Source: Polyangiaceae bacterium (GTDB lineage: Bacteria > Myxococcota_A > Polyangia > Polyangiales > Polyangiaceae). From it: a stretch of 64,000 nucleotides of DNA. Positions 1 to 9,463 of this stretch are shown piece by piece. The stretch spans positions 1 to 64,000 of the forward strand of contig JAPSGB010000026.1 in the NCBI GenBank assembly GCA_035063585.1, given 5' to 3'. The notes beneath the pieces are model-generated. The model worked only from the letters and a program-made list of their open reading frames with translations, ran no database searches and had not been told where the DNA came from. The number at the start of each line of letters is the position of its first letter. The first letter of the stretch is position 1. The translations under genes were made by a program, and so were the position numbers.

Positions 1-1
1 G

Positions 2-811
2 CGCGGCGCGTCGCCGCTCGCGCTGGTTGGCGCCGGGGTGTTTGCGCTCGGGCTCGGCGTGCTCGGCTTCGTGCTCGGGCGCGCGGGCCGCACGCCCGAG
101 CACGCCCCGCTCGCGGCCGCTCGCGTGTCGGCGAACGCACCGGTCGCCGGTGCGCCTACCCCGAGCGCGGCGCCGCCCGTCCCGACCACGCTGCTCGAGC
201 GGGCAGCCGCCGGCGACAACGAGGCGCTCGGCGATCTGGAGGCGAGGGCGCCCACTGAACGCTCGACGGACGAGGCGCTCGCGCTCGCCGCCGGTCGCGC
301 CACCGAGCGCCTCGGCGACCTCGCGGCGCTCGGCAAGACCATCCGCGACGAGCCGGAAAAACTCGCGGATCGCGCCACCCGCCAGAAGCTGATCGCCGCT
401 GCGCGCGACGGCGCGAGCTACCGCGAGGCGCAGCGCATCTTCGCCTCGCTGCCGGGCAGCGAGGGCGCGGATCTCCTCTACGAGGTGTGGACGGGCACGC
501 GGCAGCGCACGCCCGCGACCGAGCTCGCGGAGTCGCTGGTGTGGTCGAAGGAGGTGCGCGGCCGGGCCTCGCCGGCGCTCGCGCTCGCGCTCGAGCTTCG
601 CGCGCCCACCTCGTGCGAGGACGCGCAGAAGCTCCTCGCCAAGGCGCTCGAGCTCGGAGATCGCCGCGCGGTGCCGCTCCTCGTCCGGCTCACCGTGAAG
701 CGCGGCTGCGGCGAGAGTAAGCGCGAGGACTGCTACCCGTGCCTGCGCGCGGACAAGAACGCGGTCGCGGACGCCGTGAAGGCCGCGCGCGGTCGGCCGC
801 CGCCGTTCTAG
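2..811 (+). CDS. 5'-truncated membrane-anchored protein, probably the C-terminal extracytoplasmic part of a myxobacterial Ser/Thr kinase-type protein
   Basis: Frame is open from the window edge. TM segment (LALVGAGVFALGLGVLGFVLG), then a helical region and a C-terminal GCG..DCYPCLR motif. Confidence 0.5.
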   Translation, partial: RGASPLALVGAGVFALGLGVLGFVLGRAGRTPEHAPLAAARVSANAPVAGAPTPSAAPPVPTTLLERAAAGDNEALGDLEARAPTERSTDEALALAAGRATERLGDLAALGKTIRDEPEKLADRATRQKLIAAARDGASYREAQRIFASLPGSEGADLLYEVWTGTRQRTPATELAESLVWSKEVRGRASPALALALELRAPTSCEDAQKLLAKALELGDRRAVPLLVRLTVKRGCGESKREDCYPCLRADKNAVADAVKAARGRPPPF

Positions 812-824
812 CGCGAAGCGCGCG

Positions 825-1256
825 TCAGCCGGCGCGCTCCACGCGCTCCTTCAACGCGAGGTTCATCGCGACCGCTGCGCGCGCCGCTTGCGTGAGGGTG
901 GGCGCGGCGAGCTTCACGAACAGCCCGGTGAGATCGGCGCCGTGCGTCAGCCGCGTGCGCGTCTCGCCGGCCGGGCGGAGCTGGAAGAAATGGTGGAGCG
1001 AGAGGAAGCGCGGGTGCCACTTCACGAGCGCCCAGCCGAGCGCCGCGCCCGGCTCGAGGCGCGATAGCGTCGGTGCGAAGCGCAGCGCTTGCCCGCTCGG
1101 GAGCCCGAGCGTCACCCCGAGCGGCGCGCCCGGCTCGAGGGCCCCGCTCACGCTCGTGATGAACGGATTCCAGTCAGGATAGCGCGCGAAGTCCGCGAGC
1201 ACGGCCCACACGCGCGCGACGCCGGCCTCGATCTCGGTCTCGGTTCGAATCTCCAC
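825..1256 (-). CDS. SRPBCC (polyketide cyclase/START-like) domain protein
   Basis: IRTETEIEA..VWAVLADFARYPDWNPFI N-terminus and MNLALKERVE C-terminal helix. Confidence 0.85.
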   Translation of the reverse strand: MEIRTETEIEAGVARVWAVLADFARYPDWNPFITSVSGALEPGAPLGVTLGLPSGQALRFAPTLSRLEPGAALGWALVKWHPRFLSLHHFFQLRPAGETRTRLTHGADLTGLFVKLAAPTLTQAARAAVAMNLALKERVERAG

Positions 1257-1305
1257 GCTCCGAAGCTAGCCGCCCGGACCTGGCGCGTCATATGATTCGC
1301 GAACG

Positions 1306-2388
1306 ATGCGTCTGCTCTCGGCGCGCCTCATCGGGCTCGGCCCCTTCGCGGACGTCACCTTCCCGTTCGCGGACGCGGGCGGGGCGGTGCGTCGCGTCAG
1401 CGTGATCTACGGCGGCGGCGGGGTCGGGAAGACCACGCTCCTCGCCGCCATCGCGAGCACGCGCCCGGGGCACGCGGTGGTGCTCCCGGGTGAGGCGAGC
1501 TCCGAGTCGCAGCCGAGCGAGCGCGCGCCGCTCGCGGCCGAGGGTCGCGTGCCGTGCGCGATCTGCGACTGGGCGCTCGGCGCGGACGAGCCGGCGCGCC
1601 CGCACCCGATCCGCGTCGCGACGCCGACCGTGCGCGTGTTCGATGATGACGCTCGCGAGGGGCTCCGCCGCCGCGAACAGGGGCACTATGATCGCCAGGC
1701 GCGCGCGGGCGGGTTCGCCCTCATCGCGGTGTCGTCGTTGCGCTGGTTCTCGCGGCAGCCGCTCGCGCTGAGCGCGCCCGCCCGCACCATCGCGCGCTTC
1801 GACGTGCGCGCGCCGTCCGCGCTCGACGACGCGTCCCGCTCCGATCTGGCGCGCGAGACGAAGCAGGCGCTCGCCTACGCGGAGATTTCGAGCGCGCTCG
1901 AGCTCGCGCGCGGCTCGACCGCGCGCTTCGGGGCGCTTCGCGACGCCATGCGTCACTCGGTCGGGACGCTGGCCGGGCTCGCCGGCTATTCGTTCCTCGG
2001 GCTCGACGCGGGGTCGTTCGAGCCCATGTTCTCCGGAGAGGGCGGCAAGCCGCGGAGCTTCGACGCGCTGCCCACCGCGGTGCGAAACCTGGTCGCGCTC
2101 GGCGCGCTGCCGGTGCGGACGCTCGCGGCCGCCTATCCGGGCGTCGATCCGCGTGAGGCGGAGGGCGTCGTGCTGGTCGACGAGGCGGACGCCTCGCAGG
2201 ACCCGGCCTGCCAGGCGGGCCTCGCTCGCGCGCTCGGCGAGGCGTTGCCGGGTGCCCAGTGGCTCTTGACCACGAGCTCGCCACGGCTCGCCGCGAGCGC
2301 CGAGGCGAGCGAGGTGATGGCGCTGCGCCGCCCCACCGACGCCGAGAGCGTGGAGCTTCACGTCGGCGCGGCGGCGCGAACGCACTGA
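1306..2388 (+). CDS. ABC/AAA_21-like ATPase with degenerate motifs
   Basis: Walker A GGGGVGKTT, Walker B VVLVDEAD, and LLTTSSP at the H-loop position. Confidence 0.7.
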   Translation: MRLLSARLIGLGPFADVTFPFADAGGAVRRVSVIYGGGGVGKTTLLAAIASTRPGHAVVLPGEASSESQPSERAPLAAEGRVPCAICDWALGADEPARPHPIRVATPTVRVFDDDAREGLRRREQGHYDRQARAGGFALIAVSSLRWFSRQPLALSAPARTIARFDVRAPSALDDASRSDLARETKQALAYAEISSALELARGSTARFGALRDAMRHSVGTLAGLAGYSFLGLDAGSFEPMFSGEGGKPRSFDALPTAVRNLVALGALPVRTLAAAYPGVDPREAEGVVLVDEADASQDPACQAGLARALGEALPGAQWLLTTSSPRLAASAEASEVMALRRPTDAESVELHVGAAARTH

Positions 2389-2451
2389 CGGCGCGGGTAC
2401 CATCGTGCGCGCAGTCGCGGAGCGCGCGCAAAATATGCGCGAATGCGCCGG

Positions 2452-3360
2452 CTAGAACCGCCCGGCCCAGCGATGCAGCACCCCGAGGAACGCGTAGGTG
2501 CCGTCCTCGATGCCGAGGCTGTCCGGGCTCGACACCACGAAGGAAAACGCGGCGAAGCCGTCGAGCGACTTCGCGAGCGTCACGATGGCGACCGGCCCCG
2601 CGCGGGTCACGTTCGCGGGGCGACCGGGCAAGACCACGTACTCGAGCATCCCGCCCACCTTCCAGTCCTGCGACTCACCGATCCCGTAGAGGTAGCCGCC
2701 GCGCAGGCCGAGCGCGAAGGGCGGCACCATGACCGCTCGGAGCACCTCCTCGTAGAGCGGCGAGTCCGGCGGTGCGTCGACCACCACCGGGCGCGCGTTC
2801 AGGAACACGCCGCCGTGGAGCACGGGCGCGACCGCACCGACCTCGAGGTCGATCGCGCGATAGACGGAGCGGCGCCCGCCGGTGTCGAGGTGGATGTCGC
2901 GCCAGTCGTAGTGCTCCTTCGGCGTCGGGAAGCGCCTGCGATAGGGGTAGACCTCGCGACCGGTCAGGATCACATCGAGGAAGGGGAGGCTCGCGCGCCA
3001 GCCGATCGACGGCTGCGCGAAGCTGTTGGTGGTGAACGCCGTGACCTCGAGCCCGACGTAGTTCCAGAAGGGGGCTCCGTAGCCGATGGTGAGGCGCGGC
3101 CGCGCGTAGACGATGCCGAGATCGGTGGCGAGCGACACGAACGGCGTCGCCCGGTCCGACTGCCACGCGGAGTAGCGCTTGGGCGCGTCGTCATCCGCGC
3201 GCTCCGGGCTCTCGGCCCGCGCCGGGGCCGCGCCGAGCAGACCAAGTCCCACGAGGCAAGCCCCGAGCCGATATTTCAGGAAAGCAGGCAAGGACGGCTC
3301 GGCCCTGCCTCTTGCCACCGTTGCCCAGGTGACGCCAGGCCTGCCGGTGGCGCGGGGCAC
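2452..3360 (-). CDS. hypothetical secreted protein, possibly an outer-membrane beta-barrel; start uncertain
   Basis: Signal-like stretch ending in ARA, amphipathic beta-strand pattern, C-terminal Phe. Confidence 0.55.
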   Translation of the reverse strand: MPRATGRPGVTWATVARGRAEPSLPAFLKYRLGACLVGLGLLGAAPARAESPERADDDAPKRYSAWQSDRATPFVSLATDLGIVYARPRLTIGYGAPFWNYVGLEVTAFTTNSFAQPSIGWRASLPFLDVILTGREVYPYRRRFPTPKEHYDWRDIHLDTGGRRSVYRAIDLEVGAVAPVLHGGVFLNARPVVVDAPPDSPLYEEVLRAVMVPPFALGLRGGYLYGIGESQDWKVGGMLEYVVLPGRPANVTRAGPVAIVTLAKSLDGFAAFSFVVSSPDSLGIEDGTYAFLGVLHRWAGRF

Positions 3361-3365
3361 GGGGC

Positions 3366-3866
3366 ATGCATCGGCGCGCCGGCGTGAACCACCTCATTCG
3401 CAGCATCGGGCTCATCATCGTGGTCGGGGCGTCCGCGTGCGTCGGGGGCGCAGGGGCCGGACGCGAAGGCGTCGCCGGGCGCGAGGCGTCGCGGTTCGAT
3501 CCGGGCGCCGTGGAGCTCGTGGACGGCACCATCCTCGGCGCAGATCGCACCGCGCCCGCCGACGCGCTCGCCCGATCGGTGGCGATCCGGGTCGGCCGGC
3601 CCGAGGGCGAGCTCCGCGTCGAGCTCGCGCCCGGCTGGTACCTCGATCGACACGGGCTCCGTCTCGACCCCGAGGAGCGCATCCAGGTGCGCGGCTCGCG
3701 CGTACAGGGCGGCGGCCCGCCGACCCTCCTCGCGCAGGAGGTCACCACGCACGGCAAGAGCGTGAGGCTGCGCGACGAGGTCGGTCGCCCGCTCTGGGAG
3801 GCCGAGCCGGAGGCGGAGGGCGGGCCCGCCCCGGAGGGGGACCCGGCGCCCGACGCCGCGCCCTGA
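3366..3866 (+). CDS. exported small beta-barrel (OB-fold-like) lipoprotein
   Basis: Hydrophobic N-terminus ending in ASAC. VELAPGWYL...VRGSRV...LRDEVGRPLW pattern resembles periplasmic OB-fold/MamS-like proteins. Confidence 0.55.
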   Translation: MHRRAGVNHLIRSIGLIIVVGASACVGGAGAGREGVAGREASRFDPGAVELVDGTILGADRTAPADALARSVAIRVGRPEGELRVELAPGWYLDRHGLRLDPEERIQVRGSRVQGGGPPTLLAQEVTTHGKSVRLRDEVGRPLWEAEPEAEGGPAPEGDPAPDAAP

Positions 3867-3880
3867 CCGCGGGGCCGCGC

Positions 3881-4703
3881 TACGTCCGACGCATCAAGAT
3901 CCGACCTGCGAGCCGAGCGAGCCGGTCCATCTCTTGCATGCGCCGGTGGCCCATCGACGAAGCTCTCTGCATGGGGCGCTCGACGTGTTCCATCGCTGCG
4001 GATGGAGCTCTTGCGTATCATCCGTCATCTCGCCGCGCTGCCCGATCCGCTGCACATGGTGAGCGCGTTCGTCGCGGAGCACGGCGTCACGCTCGGACAG
4101 CTCGCCGTGGAGGTGAAGTCGAACGAGATCACGGCCATCCCCGGGTTGCTCGACGCGATCGATGTGAAAGGCTCGACGGTCACGATCGGCGCGGCGGGGT
4201 GGCCGCGCGAAATTGCCGCGAAGATCGTCGACATGGGCGCCGACTACGTGCTGGCGCTCGAGGGCAACCAGACGCTGCTGCACCAGGAAGTGATCGAGTA
4301 CTTCGACGACGCACTCCAGGAAGGCGCCGAGTCGTCGCCATGCGAGACCGTCGACCAGGGGCACGATCGTCTCGAAGTTCACCGCGTCTGGACGAGCACC
4401 GGCCTCGGCTGCAAGACCGAGCGCAAGCGCTGGAAGGGCCTGCGGTCGACCGTCATGGTCGAACGCGAGCGGCAGGTGGGCTACGAAACTTCCACCGAAC
4501 GCGGCTACTTCCTGAGCACCCACGCTCTGTCTGCCGATGTCGCAGGCACGCTCATCGGCCGGCATTGGGCGATCGAGAACGGCCTACACTGGGTGCTCGA
4601 TGTCGTGTTCGACGAAGATCACTCGCGCATTCGCCACCGCTGTGTCGCGCAGAACTTCGCCAGGGGACCCCACCGCCCGAAGCGATTTGATGTGCCGGCC
4701 CTG
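3881..4703 (+). mobile_element. decayed ISAs1-family insertion sequence
   Basis: Imperfect terminal inverted repeats tacgtccgacgcatcaa (3881-3897) and ttgatgtgccggccctg (4687-4703), 12/17 match, enclosing a transposase remnant. Confidence 0.65.
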
Positions 4704-4748
4704 GCGCTGAACCTGAGCCGACTGTACTTCCCGAGAGAACCCTCGTAA
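4002..4748 (+). pseudogene. ISAs1 transposase pseudogene with internal deletion
   Basis: KSNEITAIP, DYVLAL.GNQ and HWAIENGLHWVLDVVFDED motifs. LPDP is joined directly to LHMVSAF, and TIDA has become TIGA. Confidence 0.85.
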
Positions 4749-4788
4749 TCTGAGTTTGGTCGTGGATGGTGGGGAAAGGGGAGGATCA

Positions 4789-7773
4789 ATGAATCACGGG
4801 GCGCAGGGGCGCAGGGGCGCAGGGGCGCAGGGGCGCAGGGGCGCAGGCTAACGAATTAGTCGTGGCGGTGGCCCTCGCGATGCTGAGCGCGTGCGGGTCG
4901 CCAGACGCTGAGCCGTTTGGTGCCAGCGCTGCGCCGATCACGGGGCCGCGCTCGCCGGGCACGCTGCCGGAGTCCACGCTCGTCCTCACCATTTCTCAGC
5001 ACAGGCTCGTGGGGCGCTGTCACGCCACGTTACTCCAGGCAGAGAGCCCACTCTTGCCGGAGGCGCCACCGAGCCAGTATCTGCTCACCGCGGCGCACTG
5101 CTTCGGGAGCAGTCAGGATCCGCTGGAGCAGTTCAACCCGCCGGACGCCGAGTCCAACGCCATCACGATCAGCGTATCGGATGCCCGAGGTCACGGCACC
5201 ACCATGCGCCTCACCGATGCGAGCCCGCTCATCTTCCACCCGCAGTCCCGGCGTGGCTACCCGGGGACGGGGTGGACTGCCGCGTTCCCCTTTGAATCCA
5301 CGACCTGCGCGCACGACCTGGTGCTCGTTCGCCTGCCGGAGCCCATCGAGGGCGTCGTGCCGGCGCGAGTCTACCACTTCGCGTGTTTTCCGGGGCTCCA
5401 TGGCTGTACCGACGATCTCTCGGACGTCGCCGGCTGCTTCGGCGGTTGGGATGGCGAGGCGCTCGACACCACCGCGACCGGCGAGTATCCCGCCGGCAAG
5501 CTGCACCTGGTGGCGCGAGCCCCGGGCTGCGACTCCGGCGACGGCCCGTCCATCGCGGCCGCCGGCCCCACGCTGGCAGCACCCGGCGACTCCGGCGGCG
5601 GGCTCTTCGTCGACGCGCCCACCCGGAGCATCGCCTACGCTTCGGATCTGTGCGACCGAGTGCCGGTCGCGAGCCAGGGCGCGCCGGCGCTGGTGGGCGT
5701 CGCGCACTCCATGCGCGACGACGGGTCGGCCACCATCTTCACGCCGGTGTACCTGGCGTCCTTCTCCACGCGGCTCGACTCGCACGCCAACGAGACCCCC
5801 AACGACGTCTGGCTCCACGACGTCTTCACCGCCGGTGGGGACGGCGACGGGATCTGCGACGGCGCGGACAACTGCAAGTCCACGGCCAACAGCGATCAAG
5901 CCAACGCCAACGCGCTCGCGGAGAGCGCGTGGGGCGTGCCGCCCACCGCGCGCCTCGGGGACGCCTGCGATCCAGCGCCGACGCCCGCGGTCACCCTGTC
6001 GGGCGCGGCGGGGCGCTTCATCGCGCTGCAAGACACCCGCGCGGTGGCCGACCAGCTCGCCGTCCGGCCGGTGAGCATGCCGGGCGCGCCGCCGGTGGAG
6101 AGCGGCGCGCAGGGCTGTTCTGCCTGTGCCGCAGCCCCGACGGGACGCCCATCGATGACCCAACCATCTGCGAGAAGCCGCCCTGGCACTGCGCGCTCCA
6201 GCCCTTCTACGCCACGCGCGGCACGATCGGGTTCACCGAGGTCGCGACGAACGCGCCGGACGACTCCACCCCCTTGCCGCCAGGAACTACCACCTGGCAT
6301 CTCATCACGGCGCGCGGCCCGTTGCCCTGCGCGCCGGGCCAGGACTGCGACTTCGGGCACATCTTCCCCATGAGCTACCCCGGCCCGGCCCGCAGGGCGA
6401 CCTGGCTCTACGCGCAGGACCACGCGCGCTGGACCGCCGCGGGGTTCTTCGCCTCGCAGCCGCCGGCGCCCGCGCCGGGATATCCGGTGGGCACCGATCT
6501 CGGGGGCATGCTCTGGATGCACGATCCCACGACGACCGGCGCCACCGCGCACGGGCTGGTCGACGCCCCCTCGCCCTGCGTCGACTTCGGAAAGTTCACC
6601 TGCATCGCCAACAGCATCGCCGACAGCTACCAGCCCGGGGTGGCGCCGGACCGCCGCGTGGCCGGCAGCCTCGACTCCTTCACGGCGAGCGCGCAGCTCG
6701 TCGCGGCGCCGCTCGGTGACGCGGCCGCGTCGGAGGCGCCGCTGTTCCCTGGCGCCGCGCCCGGCGAGCCGCTGCCGGTGATCAGCGTGGAGGCGTCCAC
6801 CGGCCACGCGCTCTACTGGCTGTCGGGCGGGCGGCGCTTCTCGGCCGACGCGGTCGTGTCGCCGCGGCTCCGCGCGGCGCTGGTCGACCCGGAGCTCTTC
6901 TGGGTCGCGGCGAGCGAGCCCGTCGCCACCACGCAGAGCGTCGCGCTGCCGCGTGCCGTGGCGCTCACCGCGGACGGCTCGCGGCTCACCGAGGCCCTCC
7001 TCCGCACCGACTCGGGCTACCAGCTCTCGAGTGAGGCCGAGCCGCCGGGAGACGGCGACCAGAACCCCATCGCGCGCCTCACGCCGGCGCTCCAAGCCGC
7101 CGCGGGGCCCTCGCCGCGATCCGGCTTCGGGGCCACGCTGAGCCGGGTGACCGGCGTGCTGGCGGTCGTGGGCGGACGGGACGCGCTCGGTCGGCCGCTG
7201 GGTGACGTCTGGACACTGCGCCACGACGGCTGGCAGTCGCAGCGCCTGTTCGGCGCCGCGCCGCCGGCGGACGTGACCGCCGCCACCTATGCCTGGCGGG
7301 GCTCGCGCGTGTGGCTGGTCGCGGAGCGCGCCGGGCGCGCCCGGTGGCGCGCGGGGCACGCCCCGCGCCGCATGCTCTACCGTGTCGATCCGGACAGCGG
7401 GTGGATCGACGGCGTCTGGCCGCTGGGAGCGCTCGGCTGGGCGGAGCACCTCTGGCTCACGGCCACCGCGGACGGCCGCGTCGTGCTCACCGCCGCCGGG
7501 GAGCACCGGTGGCTCCTCGCGGTGCTGTCCAGCGCCAGGCCGGCGCGCGGAGCCGCCGGTCGCGCGCGCCGGCGCGCGGGCGGGCCTCCGGCGCTCGACG
7601 GCTTCGCCGCCGGCGAGGGGACGCTGGCCGCGCCGCCTCGGCTCTCGCAGGGGCGGATCACCGGCGCGCTGCTCCGGCGCGTGCCCGGCGGGCGCGCGCT
7701 GGACTTGCGGATCTTGGCGACGCTGGGGACACTCCAACATGGCCCGTGTGAGCTCGATGCGGATCTCCGCTGA
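4789..7773 (+). pseudogene. secreted lipoprotein with trypsin-like serine protease, thrombospondin type-3 repeat and Kelch-like region; frameshifted twice (SSR at 4798 and near 6110)
   Basis: Lipobox LSAC, TAAHC, DLVLVRL, GDSGG and DGDGICDGADNC lie in ORF 4862-6373. Protein-like sequence (LFCLCRSPDG..., VVGGRD..GDVW) continues in the frame of ORF 5383-7773. Confidence 0.75.
4798..4845. repeat. perfect tandem repeat (GGGGCGCA)x6
   Basis: Read directly from the sequence. Begins at codon 4 after ATG 4789. Confidence 0.97.
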
Positions 7774-9241
7774 GCGCGTCGCGGCGGCGGCGCTGGTGGG
7801 CGCGGCGCTGATCGGGGCGGGCGCGGTGGGCGCGTCGTGCACGGGCGGCGGCGCGAGCGGCTGGCGTGACGCGAGCGCGGGCGCCAGCGGCGGAGCGGGC
7901 GGGGGCGGCGACGGCGCGGGCGCGGGCGGGGCTGCGGCGCGCGGTGGGGCAGGCGGCGCCCTCGACGCGGGCACCGAGCGCGACGGCGGGAGCGGCGGGG
8001 CGATCACGGGGCCGACCTGCGATGCCCAGCCTCCGCCCGAGGTCCCCGCGGGGTGGGTGCGCTTCCCGGGGCTGCCCTGCGAGTGCACCGCGTGGGTGGC
8101 GCCGTCGCAGGCGCTGATGGACACGCCGCCGCCCTGGGTGCAGGTGCCCGGCGGGTGGCTGGAGCTGGACGATCCGCAGGCCGGCGCGAACTTCTTCATC
8201 GGCCGCGTGCTGGGGGGCAGCTACGAGGGCAAGCAGCAGTTTGCCTACCCGCGCATCCTGCCGCGGTCCGGCCCGGACGCCCCGCGCGTGCAGGAGAACG
8301 TGGTGCTGGAGCTGCCGGAGCAGCGCTACGTGTATCAGGAGCGCGTCGTCGGGGACGCGCACTACAACGTCCGGTGCTATTCGGGCGTCGAGGCGCTGGG
8401 GCAGGGCGTCCTGCTCCACGAGGCTCACCCACACAACGTTACGCCCGTAGTATTGGAGGTGCTGGCGACGACGACCGCGGCGCAGCCGGTGCCCTCGCCG
8501 ATCTTCCGCGACATCGTGACCGGCTTCATCAATTTTGGCGTCGGTGAGGGGCTGGCCGGCGCCGGCCAGAACACTCTCGGCGTGATCCCCCTGGCGCCGC
8601 CCGGCCCCTACCAGCAGGTGTGGAGCTTCGACGGCCGGATGATCGCGAACGGGTCGGTCTTCGTCTGGGACTCCACGCTCTTCTTCGCGGTAGCGGTGAT
8701 CGGGGGGCCGTTCACGAAGCAGTATTACACCTGGAGCGCAGGCTCAGGCGTGCAGCCCTTCCTCGGCGGCTCGCCGTCGGCGCCCGGCGCGCACTCCTTC
8801 ATGGGGCTGGGGACCGATGGGACGACGCTGGTGTGGACGGAGCTGTCGGACTGGGACGGCGCGCGGTGGCAGACGGTGGCTCTGATGCAGGCGCCCTACA
8901 CCACCGACGCCGCGGCGCTGAAGCCGCGGCGCGTGCCGGTAGGCCTGGGTAGCTGGGAATGGTCAGCGCCTTGGGTGGTGGGCGGCGGTTATGCGGCGGC
9001 GCGGATCAGGCTCGGCGCCTCGGGGACGGCCTTGGCCACCTACGTGGTGCGGCTCGCGGACGGCGCGACCTGGCACATCGATCAGCCTGGTGTGGACTTC
9101 TCGCCGCTCTACCTCACCGAGACCGAGCTGGGCGCGACCATGGGCTACGAGCCGCTGCGCGACGGCGGACCGGACGGCGTGACGGCGTGGCGCGCGGTGC
9201 GCTACCCGCTGTCGCTCCTGGGCTCACCCAATGTGCCGTGA
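7757..9241 (+). CDS. hypothetical lipoprotein with Gly-rich linker and beta-rich body
   Basis: Signal peptide ending GASC. Overlaps the end of the upstream gene. Alternative ATG at 7739. Confidence 0.7.
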   Translation: MRISAERVAAAALVGAALIGAGAVGASCTGGGASGWRDASAGASGGAGGGGDGAGAGGAAARGGAGGALDAGTERDGGSGGAITGPTCDAQPPPEVPAGWVRFPGLPCECTAWVAPSQALMDTPPPWVQVPGGWLELDDPQAGANFFIGRVLGGSYEGKQQFAYPRILPRSGPDAPRVQENVVLELPEQRYVYQERVVGDAHYNVRCYSGVEALGQGVLLHEAHPHNVTPVVLEVLATTTAAQPVPSPIFRDIVTGFINFGVGEGLAGAGQNTLGVIPLAPPGPYQQVWSFDGRMIANGSVFVWDSTLFFAVAVIGGPFTKQYYTWSAGSGVQPFLGGSPSAPGAHSFMGLGTDGTTLVWTELSDWDGARWQTVALMQAPYTTDAAALKPRRVPVGLGSWEWSAPWVVGGGYAAARIRLGASGTALATYVVRLADGATWHIDQPGVDFSPLYLTETELGATMGYEPLRDGGPDGVTAWRAVRYPLSLLGSPNVP

Positions 9242-9463
9242 CGGCGCCCTCGCGCGCCGGCAGCGCCCGCGCGGTCCCGCGCCGGACCGGCACCCCGCAG
9301 GATGTCGCCTTTCGAGGCCAAAGTCGCGCGCTGGCCTTGTCCAGCGGTTTTTGGATGCGCCGGCCCTAGGGGCCGCGCGCTCGCTGGGCGGCGAGCCGGT
9401 GGATCGCGTAAGCTTCGCCCGCCGCGCTCGCGCCACCAGGGCGCTGCGGCTGGAGGCTCTGCC

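Noticed and set aside
3871..9378. ggggccgcgc at 3871 and 9369 as an island target-site duplication
   Set aside because: A 10-bp all-GC match is expected by chance in this genome.
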